Positions 7,721 to 17,675 of a stretch of DNA of 21,928 bases are shown here, one piece after another. The stretch comes from Thermoproteus sp. (GTDB taxonomy: Archaea; Thermoproteota; Thermoprotei; Thermoproteales; Thermoproteaceae). How positions within the stretch are numbered: the first letter of the stretch is position 1; each line of letters opens with the position of its first letter. The position numbers and the translations under genes are program-made. The notes beneath the pieces were generated by a model. It did no database searches, was not told the origin of the DNA, and saw only the letters and a program-made list of their open reading frames with translations. Location of the stretch: the NCBI GenBank assembly GCA_049976425.1, contig JBMFIG010000022.1:1-21928 (forward strand), given 5' to 3'.

Positions 7721-8530
7721 CTATTTTATTTTATCTATTCGCTCGACGGCTTTCCTGATCGCTCGATCTACCTCCCTCCTCACGGCTGGGCCCTCCTCGA
7801 TCCGCCCCTCCGGCAGGGGGTTCGGCCCGCCGTCGGCGCCCGCGAGCAGAGCCCTGAGCGCCGGGATAGATGCGGCGGAGGCGCAGTCCAGCACGACGTA
7901 TCCGCCGCCGGCTATGAGGCGGCCAGCCGCGTGGTACGCCGCGGTGGTGGCGAAGAAATGGCCGAGCGGCTCCAGCCGGTAGAGATCGAGCCCGACCTCG
8001 AGCACGAGGGGTTGCCTAAGCCTCTCGGCGAGGGCCAGAGCGGCCTCCACGGACCTGTCGGAGGCGCCAGGCGGGAGGGGGACCGCGACTACCTTATCGC
8101 TCCTCCTGGCCAGCTTCCCGGGCTGTGGGCCTTCGGCGCCGCTGTATATGGCTAGCAACGGGAACCCTAGCCTTAGATGGAGCTCCCAAGTGCCCCAGGG
8201 GAAGTGGGCGTCCAGCGCAACTACGGCGGCGTCCAGCCTCTTGGCCAGATAGGCGACTGCGTTGAGCAAGCCTCCGCGGCCCGAGTCGTAGCCCACGTCC
8301 TTCGGGGGGTATGTTGCCACGACCGCCTTCCCCCTACGCAACGCCTCCTCTAGGAGGCCCAGCGCCGCGAGGACCTCGTCCTCCCGCTTCTTCGCGGCGC
8401 TGGCCAGCGGCCCGCCGTGTATTTCGACGTAGTCCTCCCAACGGCCCTTCGCGGAGACGGGCTCGCGGAGATCTTCCGGAATCGCCTCGATCCTCTTGTC
8501 GGCGTAGCCCTCGGCCACGAGCACCTTCAC
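7721..8530 (-). CDS. Degenerate histone-deacetylase/AcuC-fold protein, likely catalytically impaired
   Basis: NAVAYLAKRL..VVALDAHFPWGT, VAVPLPPGASD and EVGLDLYRLEPLG match HDAC family motifs. GTG start at 8530 (VKVLVAEG) with TTTAAA at 8550-8555. Confidence 0.75.
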   Translation of the reverse strand: MKVLVAEGYADKRIEAIPEDLREPVSAKGRWEDYVEIHGGPLASAAKKREDEVLAALGLLEEALRRGKAVVATYPPKDVGYDSGRGGLLNAVAYLAKRLDAAVVALDAHFPWGTWELHLRLGFPLLAIYSGAEGPQPGKLARRSDKVVAVPLPPGASDRSVEAALALAERLRQPLVLEVGLDLYRLEPLGHFFATTAAYHAAGRLIAGGGYVVLDCASAASIPALRALLAGADGGPNPLPEGRIEEGPAVRREVDRAIRKAVERIDKIK

Positions 8531-8630
8531 GGAGGGCCTTGGCCGGAGATTTAAATCGTTTTCGATATCTCCGCCATTTATCTCAGTTAACAGTATCGAA
8601 AAGTATATATGTTCCGAGCATAATGGCGCC

Positions 8631-9626
8631 GTGGACGAACTGGGGGCGGCCAAGACGTCCGTGATCGCCACGGCGGCAGTCATGGCCCTCTACCTCTCGA
8701 CGTGGTTTTTCACGGGCTCCGTCGCCGCCTTCTCGGAGTTCGCCCATACGTTGGTCGACGCCATAGGCGTGGCCGCGACTTATTTCGCCATAAGGACCAG
8801 CAGAAAGCCTCCGGACCTCGAACACCCCTACGGCCACTATAAGGCGGATGCCCTCGGCGGCCTCATAGGCTCGATCGTAGTGCTCATAGCGGCGGCTCTC
8901 GTGGCCTTCGAGGGCGTGGAGAAGCTGATCAAGTGGGAGGCCTATTCGCCGGACCTCTTCGCGGTCTTCGCCGTGGCCGGCGCCATAGCTATAGACGTCA
9001 ACAGAGTGAGGATCCTCAAACGCTTCGGCCACAGCAAGGCCCTCAGCGCGGACGCGCTCCACTTCACGACCGACATCTTCGCGTCGGGCGGCGTCCTCGC
9101 CGTATTCCTGTTGGGGCTGATCCTCGAGAGGGCGGCCCCTGCCTATTTCGACCTGGCCGCGCCGGCGGTGGACGTGGCCGCGGCGGCCGCGATAACGGCT
9201 ATCTTCACGTCGTTGAGCCTCAAGCTACTCCGCTCAGCCGCCGTGGAGCTCCTCGACTACTCTCCTCCCCAGCTGAGGGATGAGGTGAAGGCTCTTGCCC
9301 AGAGCGTGGAGGGCGTCGTGTCTGTCAAGGACGTGAAGTTGAGGAAGGCCGGCTCCGTATACCACGGGGAGGCGACCATAGAGGTCAGGCGCGGGCTCAG
9401 CGTGGAGGAGGCCCACGAGATAGCCGACGCCGTGGAGGACCGGCTGAGGAGGCGGCTCGGGGGCTACGTAGTCGTGCACGTGGAGCCCGCGCCTCTGCCC
9501 AAGCCCCCCGACTGTTGCGACGTCGTGTTGGTCGCGCCGGATAAGGCTCTGGTCTACGTCTACTCGCGCGACTGCAGAGCTTGTTTCCCCGGCTACGACG
9601 TGGAGCGTATATATAGAGTAAAATAG
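8631..9626 (+). CDS. Cation diffusion facilitator (FieF/YiiP-like) metal transporter with Cys-rich C-terminal extension
   Basis: HTLVD (TM2), HPYGHYK, DALHFTTD (TM5) and the dimerisation domain EAHEIAD..VHVEP. AAAAGTATATAT promoter at 8599-8610. Confidence 0.93.
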   Translation: MDELGAAKTSVIATAAVMALYLSTWFFTGSVAAFSEFAHTLVDAIGVAATYFAIRTSRKPPDLEHPYGHYKADALGGLIGSIVVLIAAALVAFEGVEKLIKWEAYSPDLFAVFAVAGAIAIDVNRVRILKRFGHSKALSADALHFTTDIFASGGVLAVFLLGLILERAAPAYFDLAAPAVDVAAAAAITAIFTSLSLKLLRSAAVELLDYSPPQLRDEVKALAQSVEGVVSVKDVKLRKAGSVYHGEATIEVRRGLSVEEAHEIADAVEDRLRRRLGGYVVVHVEPAPLPKPPDCCDVVLVAPDKALVYVYSRDCRACFPGYDVERIYRVK

Positions 9627-9689
9627 ACATATATAACGGTACACCCCTTACACCGAAAGCCTTATATCGGTGGAACGGAATATGCGGAC

Positions 9690-9806
9690 ATGGCAAGGAG
9701 AAATGAAAGCAATGCCAAGACTCTGTGGAGCCTCGGCCCGAGATCGGCCGAACAGCTCAGGAGAAGCGCCAAAAACATAGATTTTTTGGAGTCCATCCTG
9801 CGATAG
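9690..9806 (+). CDS. Putative 38-aa small protein upstream of the ABC operon
   Basis: MARRNESNAKTLWSLGPRSAEQLRRSAKNIDFLESILR*. BRE/TATA GAAAGCCTTATAT (9655-9667) at leaderless spacing. Confidence 0.4.
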   Translation: MARRNESNAKTLWSLGPRSAEQLRRSAKNIDFLESILR

Positions 9807-9842
9807 CCGAAGGGATAAATACTCCGGTATTCGATATATCGT

Positions 9843-10817
9843 ATGGACGGCGACGCCATCAAGGTGGTAGACCTCGTCAAGAGGTACGGCAACGTGACCG
9901 CCCTCGCCGGGATCTCCTTCTCAGTAGCCAGGGGGGAGATATTCGGACTCCTGGGCCCGAACGGCGCCGGCAAGACCACGACGATAAAGATACTCACGGG
10001 GCTCACGCCCCCGACGTCGGGCAAGGCCTACGTGGCGGGCTTCGACGTGGTGGAGCATCCGGATGAGGTCAAGCGGAGGGTCGGCTGGGTCTCGTCAGAG
10101 GTGATCCTCGACGACGATCTAAACGCCTGGGAGAATCTGGAGCTCCAGGCCAGGCTACAGGGGGTCAAGAACTGGCGGGAGAAGGCAACGGAGCTCCTCA
10201 AGTACTTCGATCTGCTCCAAAGCGCCGGGCGGCCTGTCGGAGGGTACTCCACGGGCATGAGGAAGAAGCTGGAGATCGCGACGGCCCTCCTCCACTCGCC
10301 CGAGGTCCTCTTCCTCGACGAGCCGACGATAGGGCTCGACGTCAACGCCAGGGCCATGTTGTGGGATCTCATAAGGGCGGTCAACAAGGAGTTCGGGGTC
10401 ACCATACTCCTGACCACGCACTACATGGAGGAGGCCGACGCCTTGTGCGGGAGGGTAGCCATAATAAACCTGGGCAAGATCATAGCTCTCGGTAGCCCCG
10501 CCGAGCTTAAGTCCAGCGTCGGCGGCGAGGTGGTCGAGCTCGAGGTAGAGAGGCCCATAGACATATCGTCGCTGAAGGCCGTGCCCGAGGTGCTCGACGT
10601 TGTGGCGTCTGACGGGGTAGTCAGGATCACCGTCAGGAAGGCGGACGAGGCCATACCGTCCATAGTCAGGGCCATAGACTTCTCGGCGGTCAAGTCGCTG
10701 AGGGTCGAGAAGCCGACTCTCGACACTGTCTTCATGAAGCTGACGGGCAAGAGGATAGAGGAGTCGCACGTGGACTACAGGAAGTTCTACGCGATGATAA
10801 GGAGGGCTAGGCAATGA
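9843..10817 (+). CDS. ABC transporter ATP-binding subunit (DrrA-like efflux)
   Basis: Walker A GPNGAGKTT, signature YSTGMRKK, Walker B LFLDEPT, TTHYMEEA, C-terminal PTLDTVF. Confidence 0.95.
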   Translation: MDGDAIKVVDLVKRYGNVTALAGISFSVARGEIFGLLGPNGAGKTTTIKILTGLTPPTSGKAYVAGFDVVEHPDEVKRRVGWVSSEVILDDDLNAWENLELQARLQGVKNWREKATELLKYFDLLQSAGRPVGGYSTGMRKKLEIATALLHSPEVLFLDEPTIGLDVNARAMLWDLIRAVNKEFGVTILLTTHYMEEADALCGRVAIINLGKIIALGSPAELKSSVGGEVVELEVERPIDISSLKAVPEVLDVVASDGVVRITVRKADEAIPSIVRAIDFSAVKSLRVEKPTLDTVFMKLTGKRIEESHVDYRKFYAMIRRARQ

Positions 10818-11587
10818 GCGGGCTCGGCGCCTTCTGGGGCCTCTACAAGCGGGAGGTCGTGAAGATCTACAGAAGAGCCTTTGCGCTGGTCATGACCTTC
10901 ATACAGCCCATAGTGTGGATAATCTTCTTCGGCTCCTCCCTCAACGGGATGCCCCGGCAGTACCTCATACAGTTCTTCGGGACGCCGAACTACATAGGCT
11001 TCATACTGCCGGGCCAGCTGGCGACGTCGATGCTGTTCACCGGCACCTTCAGCTCCATGTCCATAGTCTGGGACAGACGCTTCGGCTTTCTGAAGAAGAT
11101 CTTGGTGACCCCCGCGCCGAGGGAGGCCATATTCTTCTCCAAGATCATGGGCGCAGTCACTAGAGGGCTTATACAGATACCTGTCATGTTGCTTGCGGCC
11201 GCGGCCTTCGGCGTGTCGTTGCCTCTCGACCCCCTCGGCTACCTCGAGTGGATAGCCGCCTTGGTCTTGCTCGGCGTAGGCTTCTCCAGCATATACCTCG
11301 CCGTGGCCATGAGGTCTTCCGACTGGCAACTACCCCAGCTCGTGGCCAACATACTGAACCTGCCGCTGATGTTCACCTCGACAGCGCTCTTCCCGCGCAA
11401 TTTCTACCCCAGCTGGATGCAGGCTATCGCAGCGGTCAACCCGATAACCTTCGCCACAGAGATAGGCAGAGGCGTCGTCTTGAACGATCCGTACGCCCCG
11501 ACGCTCCTCGGCTATCTGGCCGTCTTCGCCGCCGTATCGACGGCGATCGGCCTCTTGGTTGCGAAGAGGTTCATGACGGCGGAATAG
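10814..11587 (+). CDS. ABC-2 type permease (DrrB-like)
   Basis: About 6 TM, DRRFGFLKKILVTP and NPITF motifs. ATGA overlap with the ATPase gene. Confidence 0.95.
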   Translation: MSGLGAFWGLYKREVVKIYRRAFALVMTFIQPIVWIIFFGSSLNGMPRQYLIQFFGTPNYIGFILPGQLATSMLFTGTFSSMSIVWDRRFGFLKKILVTPAPREAIFFSKIMGAVTRGLIQIPVMLLAAAAFGVSLPLDPLGYLEWIAALVLLGVGFSSIYLAVAMRSSDWQLPQLVANILNLPLMFTSTALFPRNFYPSWMQAIAAVNPITFATEIGRGVVLNDPYAPTLLGYLAVFAAVSTAIGLLVAKRFMTAE

Positions 11588-11640
11588 GGGATTACCCCGC
11601 CGTGTACGACAACCTTATATACAAGTCCGCGCGGGGGTCA

Positions 11641-11853
11641 ATGGGATCGCGGCTCGGCTGGTTTTTCAAGAAATTGCAGGTGTTGGCCGTATTATTCGTG
11701 TTGGGACTGCTATATCTGTACTTCAAGTCGAAGGCGGGCTATCTAGACCAGATGAAGGCCACGGCGTTCCTCGCCCCCATAATGCCGTTGCTCTTCTACC
11801 TCGCGGTGGAGGACGCGGTGAGGCGGGGCGTCGCGGCCAGGCGCAGGCCCTAG
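11641..11853 (+). CDS. Small two-TM membrane protein (70 aa)
   Basis: MGSRLGWFFKKLQVLAVLFVLGLLYLYF...; AACCTTATATA at 11611-11621 gives leaderless spacing. 4-bp convergent overlap with the MNT gene. Confidence 0.7.
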   Translation: MGSRLGWFFKKLQVLAVLFVLGLLYLYFKSKAGYLDQMKATAFLAPIMPLLFYLAVEDAVRRGVAARRRP

Positions 11854-12209
11854 GCCGTCCCGCCGGGGCAGAGCCCCAGCGAGAGCCCGTCGTGTATCGT
11901 CTTGCAACCGCGCAACATCTGCGCTATGACGCCGTCTACGACGAGCTCGTCCGCGGCGAACAGCACTATGTCGACGGGGACTCCGCGGCACAGCCTCCTC
12001 AGCTCAGCCGCCTCGTCGAAGTAGTCGGCGTAGCCGGGCACGACGACGAAGAGGTCGTAGTCGCTCGCCTGGCCGTGGACGCCGAGCGCTCTGGAGCCGA
12101 AGAGGAAGATGGACACCCGGCCTCCGTACCTCCCCACTATGGCCTCCACGCACTTGGCGAACCTCTCGGGGTACTGCCTCACTCTCTCGGCAAGGATCTC
12201 CCAGACCAT
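11850..12209 (-). CDS. Minimal nucleotidyltransferase (MNT), antitoxin-like
   Basis: LFGSRALG..SDYDLFVV and VDIV motifs. Start at ATG 12209 (MVWEIL), overlapping the HEPN gene end. Confidence 0.9.
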   Translation of the reverse strand: MVWEILAERVRQYPERFAKCVEAIVGRYGGRVSIFLFGSRALGVHGQASDYDLFVVVPGYADYFDEAAELRRLCRGVPVDIVLFAADELVVDGVIAQMLRGCKTIHDGLSLGLCPGGTA

Positions 12210-12571
12210 CTCTCCACAAGCCCCACTATTAGGTCCATGGCAGAGATACAACGGGCTGCCGTGGCCTCGCCGTACGGCTTGACGCCGCGGGCGGGGTACC
12301 GCGCGAGCACGTAATGCGGCTCCAGCCACTCAGCCTCTCTGTAGATCTCGTCGGGGACGTCCTTCCCTAGCCGCCGCAACACGTCGAGGAGCTCCGTGAG
12401 GCTGTGGGTGAACGGGTGGGATCCCGTGGCGTCTACGATAAGGCCCTTGAGGAGCATCTCCGCCGCTTGGTGGGCGTTGAAACACGCCGCGTTGTATATC
12501 GCCGATCTATACGCCAGCCGGGCCATCTTCATGAAGGAGATCCCCCTATCGAGCCAGTCCTCAAGCCCCAC
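12179..12571 (-). CDS. HEPN domain protein, partner of MNT
   Basis: YNAACFNAHQAAEMLLKG, THSL and HYVLARYP motifs. GTG start at 12571 with minus-strand TTTTTAA at about 12591-12597. Confidence 0.9.
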   Translation of the reverse strand: MGLEDWLDRGISFMKMARLAYRSAIYNAACFNAHQAAEMLLKGLIVDATGSHPFTHSLTELLDVLRRLGKDVPDEIYREAEWLEPHYVLARYPARGVKPYGEATAARCISAMDLIVGLVERWSGRSLPRE

Positions 12572-12646
12572 GTAGGTTTGGAGAAATGGATTAAAAAGTA
12601 GCGTTGGCCGGACAAACTTTATAGAGGAGGGCCTCGGTACCTTCTG

Positions 12647-13489
12647 GTGTCTGCCGACAAGGAGATGTCGATCTGGGAGCACCTCATGGAGCTAGCGACG
12701 AGGCTCAGGAGGGTCCTCGTCGTCTCGGTCATAGTCTTCCTCCTCACCCTCATGCCCACGCCGCGCCACTTCTCCGACCCGATGCAGTTCTTGACCGGCT
12801 TCTTCGTGACGGGCAACTTCACCACGTTGTCCTACGATATATTCTATAGGTATATTATAGAGCCGTCGATACATATAGCCTACACCAACATAGTCTTGAT
12901 CTCGGGCGACGTCTTCACGCCGTTCAACGCACTGCTGTACGTATCCCTATACTTCACCGTGTTGGCGATAGTGCCGTATCTCGTCTACGAGATCTGGGCC
13001 TACGTGAGGCCCGCCCTCTACCCCCACGAGATTAGGGCCGTCAAGAAATACTTGGCCTACGGCGTCCTCCTGTTCTATCTGGGCAACCTCTACGGCCTGG
13101 GCCTCATCTCCCGCTACTTCTTGAGGTTCTTGATAGACATCTCGTCGGTCCTCCCGGGCGTGACGCCCATATTCAACATAGGGTCTGTGGTGGATACGAT
13201 AATCCAGATCGCGCTTTGGTCCGGCGTCTTCTTCGAGGCCCCTATAGTGGTCGCCATATTGTCGGAGCTCTGTATGTTGAATCCCTGGGCCCTGGCCAGC
13301 TATAGGCCGGTGATATACGCCGTCTCGCTTATAATTATCGCCATATTCACGCCCGACGCGACCTTGATATCGGTCTTCCTGACCTTCCTGCCGTTCGCCG
13401 TGTTGCTCGAGATCGGTCTGGCCTACAGTAGGAAGATCGTCAAGAAGTGCCCCGACTACGCGTATATGCGGCCGAGCGGGAGTAGATAG
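12647..13489 (+). CDS. tatC: Twin-arginine translocase subunit TatC
   Basis: EMSIWEHLMELATRL, YEIWAYVRPALYPHE, FEAP and FTPD motifs; about 6 TM. Confidence 0.95.
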   Translation: MSADKEMSIWEHLMELATRLRRVLVVSVIVFLLTLMPTPRHFSDPMQFLTGFFVTGNFTTLSYDIFYRYIIEPSIHIAYTNIVLISGDVFTPFNALLYVSLYFTVLAIVPYLVYEIWAYVRPALYPHEIRAVKKYLAYGVLLFYLGNLYGLGLISRYFLRFLIDISSVLPGVTPIFNIGSVVDTIIQIALWSGVFFEAPIVVAILSELCMLNPWALASYRPVIYAVSLIIIAIFTPDATLISVFLTFLPFAVLLEIGLAYSRKIVKKCPDYAYMRPSGSR

Positions 13490-13571
13490 CGGCCGGCTCC
13501 GTACCGATGGGGGCCGATTCCCACCCCGCCGGATGAGGCGATAATTAATAAATAGGCCGCGCCGCGTCTAT

Positions 13572-16394
13572 ATGGACTTCCGCCAGATAGAGGAGAAGTG
13601 GCAGAGGCGCTGGGCCGAGGCCCGCGTCTTCGAGCCGACGCCGGAGCCGGGGAGGCCCAAGTTCTTCATAACCGCCGCCTATCCCTACCCCAACGGCGCG
13701 ATCCACATAGGGCACGGCCGCACCTACCTCATCGCCGACATAATGGCGAGGTACCACCGCCACAAAGGCCTCAACGTCCTATTCCCCATGGGGTTCCACT
13801 ACACCGGGACCCCCATATTGACCGTCGCCGAGTCCATAGCGGCTGGCGACGTCCGCGCCATGGAGGACTTCAAGGTCATCTACGACGTGCCCGAGGAGGA
13901 GCTGAGGAAGATGGGGGACCCGCTGTACCTGGCCAACTACTTCAAGGAGCTCTCGAAGCAGTACATGAAGAAGATGGGCCTCTCCATAGACTGGACCAGG
14001 GAGTTCACCACCATAGATCCCGAGTACCAGCAGTTCATCAGGTGGCAGTTCAAGAAGCTGTACGACAAGGGCCTCCTCGTCAAGGGCAGACATCCGGTGG
14101 GCTGGTGCCCCAAGCACCAGATGCCGGTGGGAGCCCACGACACTAAGGACGACAAGGAGCCCGACATAGGCGAATGGACGTTGATCTATTTCGAGGGCGA
14201 GGACGGGCTGATATACCCCACGGCGACTCTCAGGCCCGAGACGGTCCTTGGCGTCACCAACCTCTGGATAAACCCCGAGGAGGACTACGCCGTGGCCGAG
14301 GTCGACGGCAGGAAGATGGTGTTGAGCCTCGACGCCGCCTTCAGGCTCTCCTTCCAGACCCGCGTCAAGACACTCGAAAGGGCTAGGGGCTCCTCCTTCG
14401 TGGGCCGCAAGGTCAGGAACCCCGTTACGGGCGAGCTCGTCCCGATATACCCCGCCCCCTTCGTCGACGTGAAGACGGGCACCGGCGTCGTCATGTCGGT
14501 CCCGGCCCACGCGCCCTACGACTACGCCGCCTTGCGGGATCTAGGCGAGGTGAGGCTCATACCGCTTATCTCTGTGGAGGGCTACGGCGAGTATCCGGCG
14601 AAGGAGGTGGTGGAGAGGATGGGCATCAAGGACCAGAAGGACCCGAGGCTCGAGGAGGCCACCAAGGAGGTCTACATGGCGGAGTTCAACAAGGGGTATA
14701 TGAGGCAGGACGTGGCCGACAGGGTGGGCCTCCATCTGCCCGAGCCCGCCCGCTCTCTGCTCAGAGGCTTCTTCGCCGCCTTTATAGCCGGCAGGCCCGT
14801 GAGGGAGGCCAGAGATAGGATAAAGGCGTGGATGGAGGCGGCGGGCATAGGCGGGAGGATGTACGAGATCATGAACAAGCCGGTCTACTGCAGATGCGGT
14901 ACGGAGATAGTGGTGAAGGTCCTCGAGGATCAGTGGTTCCTCAACTACGGAGATCCCAACTGGAAGAAGGCCACCAAGGAGTTGCTCGCCTCTATGAGGA
15001 TAGTGCCCGACGAGGCCAGGGCGCAGTTCGAGGCAACCATAGACTGGCTCGACAAGAGGGCGTGCGCGAGGACTAGGGGGATGGGCACGCCGTTGCCTTG
15101 GGATCCCACATGGATAATAGAAAGCCTGAGCGACTCCACGATATATATGGCGTACTACACCGTCATAAGGAGGATAAGGGAGTTCGGCCTCAAGCCCGAG
15201 CAGCTGACCGAGGCCTTCTGGGACTACGTCTTTCTGGGCAAGGGCGACGCCGCCGAGGTCGCGAAGGCCGTCGGCGCCGACGAGAAGGCGTTGAGGGCGA
15301 TTAGGGAGGAGTTCTCCTACTGGTACCCTCTGGACTGGAGGAACTCGGGCAAGGACCTCATCCCCAACCACCTCACCTTCTTCCTCTTCAACCACTCCGC
15401 CATATTCCCCAAGGAGCTGTGGCCCAGAGGCATAGTGGCCAACGGATGGGTCTTGGTGGAGGGCGAGAAGATGTCGAAGTCCAAGAGGAACGTGCTGGCC
15501 TTGGGCAAGGCGGTGGACCAATTCGGCGCGGATCCTCTGAGGGCGACCCTCGCCATCTCGGCGGAGGTGGACCAAGACCTCGACTTCAGGGCGAACGTGG
15601 CGAGGTCCGTCGCGAAGCATCTCGAGGAGATATACAACCTAGTCGTCTCGACGGCGGAGAGGGCGACGAGGGACGGCGAGGGCCTCCCCGAGATGTGGCT
15701 TAGGTCCGAAGCGGCGTCCCTCCTGGAGAAGGCCGCGAAGGCCCTCGACGACGTGGCCGTCAGACAGGCGGCGGTCTACGTGCTCTACGACATGCGCAGG
15801 GCGTTGGAGAGGTATCTCGAGATGGTCGAAGTACCCAGCCGCGCCGTCGTTGAGGTGTTGAAGGCCTGGGCCGTGGCCATGGAGCCCTTCGTCCCCCACC
15901 TCGCCGAGGAGCTGTGGGAGAAGCTGGGCGAGAGGCCCTTCGCGGCGAAGGCGCCCTGGCCGAAGCTCGCGGCGGATAGGAGGACCTTGTTGGCCGTGCG
16001 CTACGCCGACCGCCTAGTCGAGGACGTGGCGAAGCTGAAGGAGCTGAGGAGGGAGGCCAAACGCGCTGTTATATACGTCAACAACAACTTCGCCTGGATC
16101 AAGGCGGCGGTCAAGGCGAGGGACGTCAGAGAGCTCATATCGGCGGGGGTCCCCGGCGAGGTCGCCAAGAGGCTCCTCGACGTGGCTAGGCAGTTCGACG
16201 ACGACTTCAAGGCGTTGATCGCCGAGGTCGACGACTTCGACGAATACTCGGCGCTGGCCGAGCTGAGGACTTTCCTGTCCAGGGAGACCGGCTTGGAGAT
16301 AGCCGTGTATAGGGCCGACGACGAGAAGGCGCCAGATCTAGGCGGGAAGAAGCGCTCCGCGTTGCCGTTGAGGGCCGGGGTATATCTGGAATGA
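13572..16394 (+). CDS. leuS: Leucine-tRNA ligase (archaeal type)
   Basis: AYPYPNGAIHIGH, FPMGFHYTG, CP1 editing motifs TLRPET, GTG and SVPAHAPYD, SGKDLIPNHL, KMSKS; 940 aa. Confidence 0.97.
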   Translation: MDFRQIEEKWQRRWAEARVFEPTPEPGRPKFFITAAYPYPNGAIHIGHGRTYLIADIMARYHRHKGLNVLFPMGFHYTGTPILTVAESIAAGDVRAMEDFKVIYDVPEEELRKMGDPLYLANYFKELSKQYMKKMGLSIDWTREFTTIDPEYQQFIRWQFKKLYDKGLLVKGRHPVGWCPKHQMPVGAHDTKDDKEPDIGEWTLIYFEGEDGLIYPTATLRPETVLGVTNLWINPEEDYAVAEVDGRKMVLSLDAAFRLSFQTRVKTLERARGSSFVGRKVRNPVTGELVPIYPAPFVDVKTGTGVVMSVPAHAPYDYAALRDLGEVRLIPLISVEGYGEYPAKEVVERMGIKDQKDPRLEEATKEVYMAEFNKGYMRQDVADRVGLHLPEPARSLLRGFFAAFIAGRPVREARDRIKAWMEAAGIGGRMYEIMNKPVYCRCGTEIVVKVLEDQWFLNYGDPNWKKATKELLASMRIVPDEARAQFEATIDWLDKRACARTRGMGTPLPWDPTWIIESLSDSTIYMAYYTVIRRIREFGLKPEQLTEAFWDYVFLGKGDAAEVAKAVGADEKALRAIREEFSYWYPLDWRNSGKDLIPNHLTFFLFNHSAIFPKELWPRGIVANGWVLVEGEKMSKSKRNVLALGKAVDQFGADPLRATLAISAEVDQDLDFRANVARSVAKHLEEIYNLVVSTAERATRDGEGLPEMWLRSEAASLLEKAAKALDDVAVRQAAVYVLYDMRRALERYLEMVEVPSRAVVEVLKAWAVAMEPFVPHLAEELWEKLGERPFAAKAPWPKLAADRRTLLAVRYADRLVEDVAKLKELRREAKRAVIYVNNNFAWIKAAVKARDVRELISAGVPGEVAKRLLDVARQFDDDFKALIAEVDDFDEYSALAELRTFLSRETGLEIAVYRADDEKAPDLGGKKRSALPLRAGVYLE

Positions 16395-16421
16395 TATAAA
16401 TAGAGAGGCCCACATCTCTTC

Positions 16422-17652
<1,231 letters not shown>

Positions 17653-17675
17653 AATTATAGGACGGGTTTTTGTAT

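Noticed and set aside
8531-8683. N-terminal extension of the HDAC-like ORF overlapping the CDF gene
   Set aside because: It runs through the AT-rich divergent promoter region; GTG 8530 fits leaderless spacing.
11641-11853. Small membrane protein as TatA for the nearby tatC
   Set aside because: It has two hydrophobic segments and lacks the TM-FG hinge-amphipathic helix pattern of TatA.
13485-13550. Possible C/D sRNA after tatC (CCGA...GGCCGA...ATGA)
   Set aside because: No acceptable box C and the C' is very degenerate; no target recognised.
13598-15703. Long alternative-frame and antisense ORFs within leuS (e.g. 14541-15620, 13779-14510)
   Set aside because: Shadow ORFs of a strongly GC3-biased housekeeping gene.
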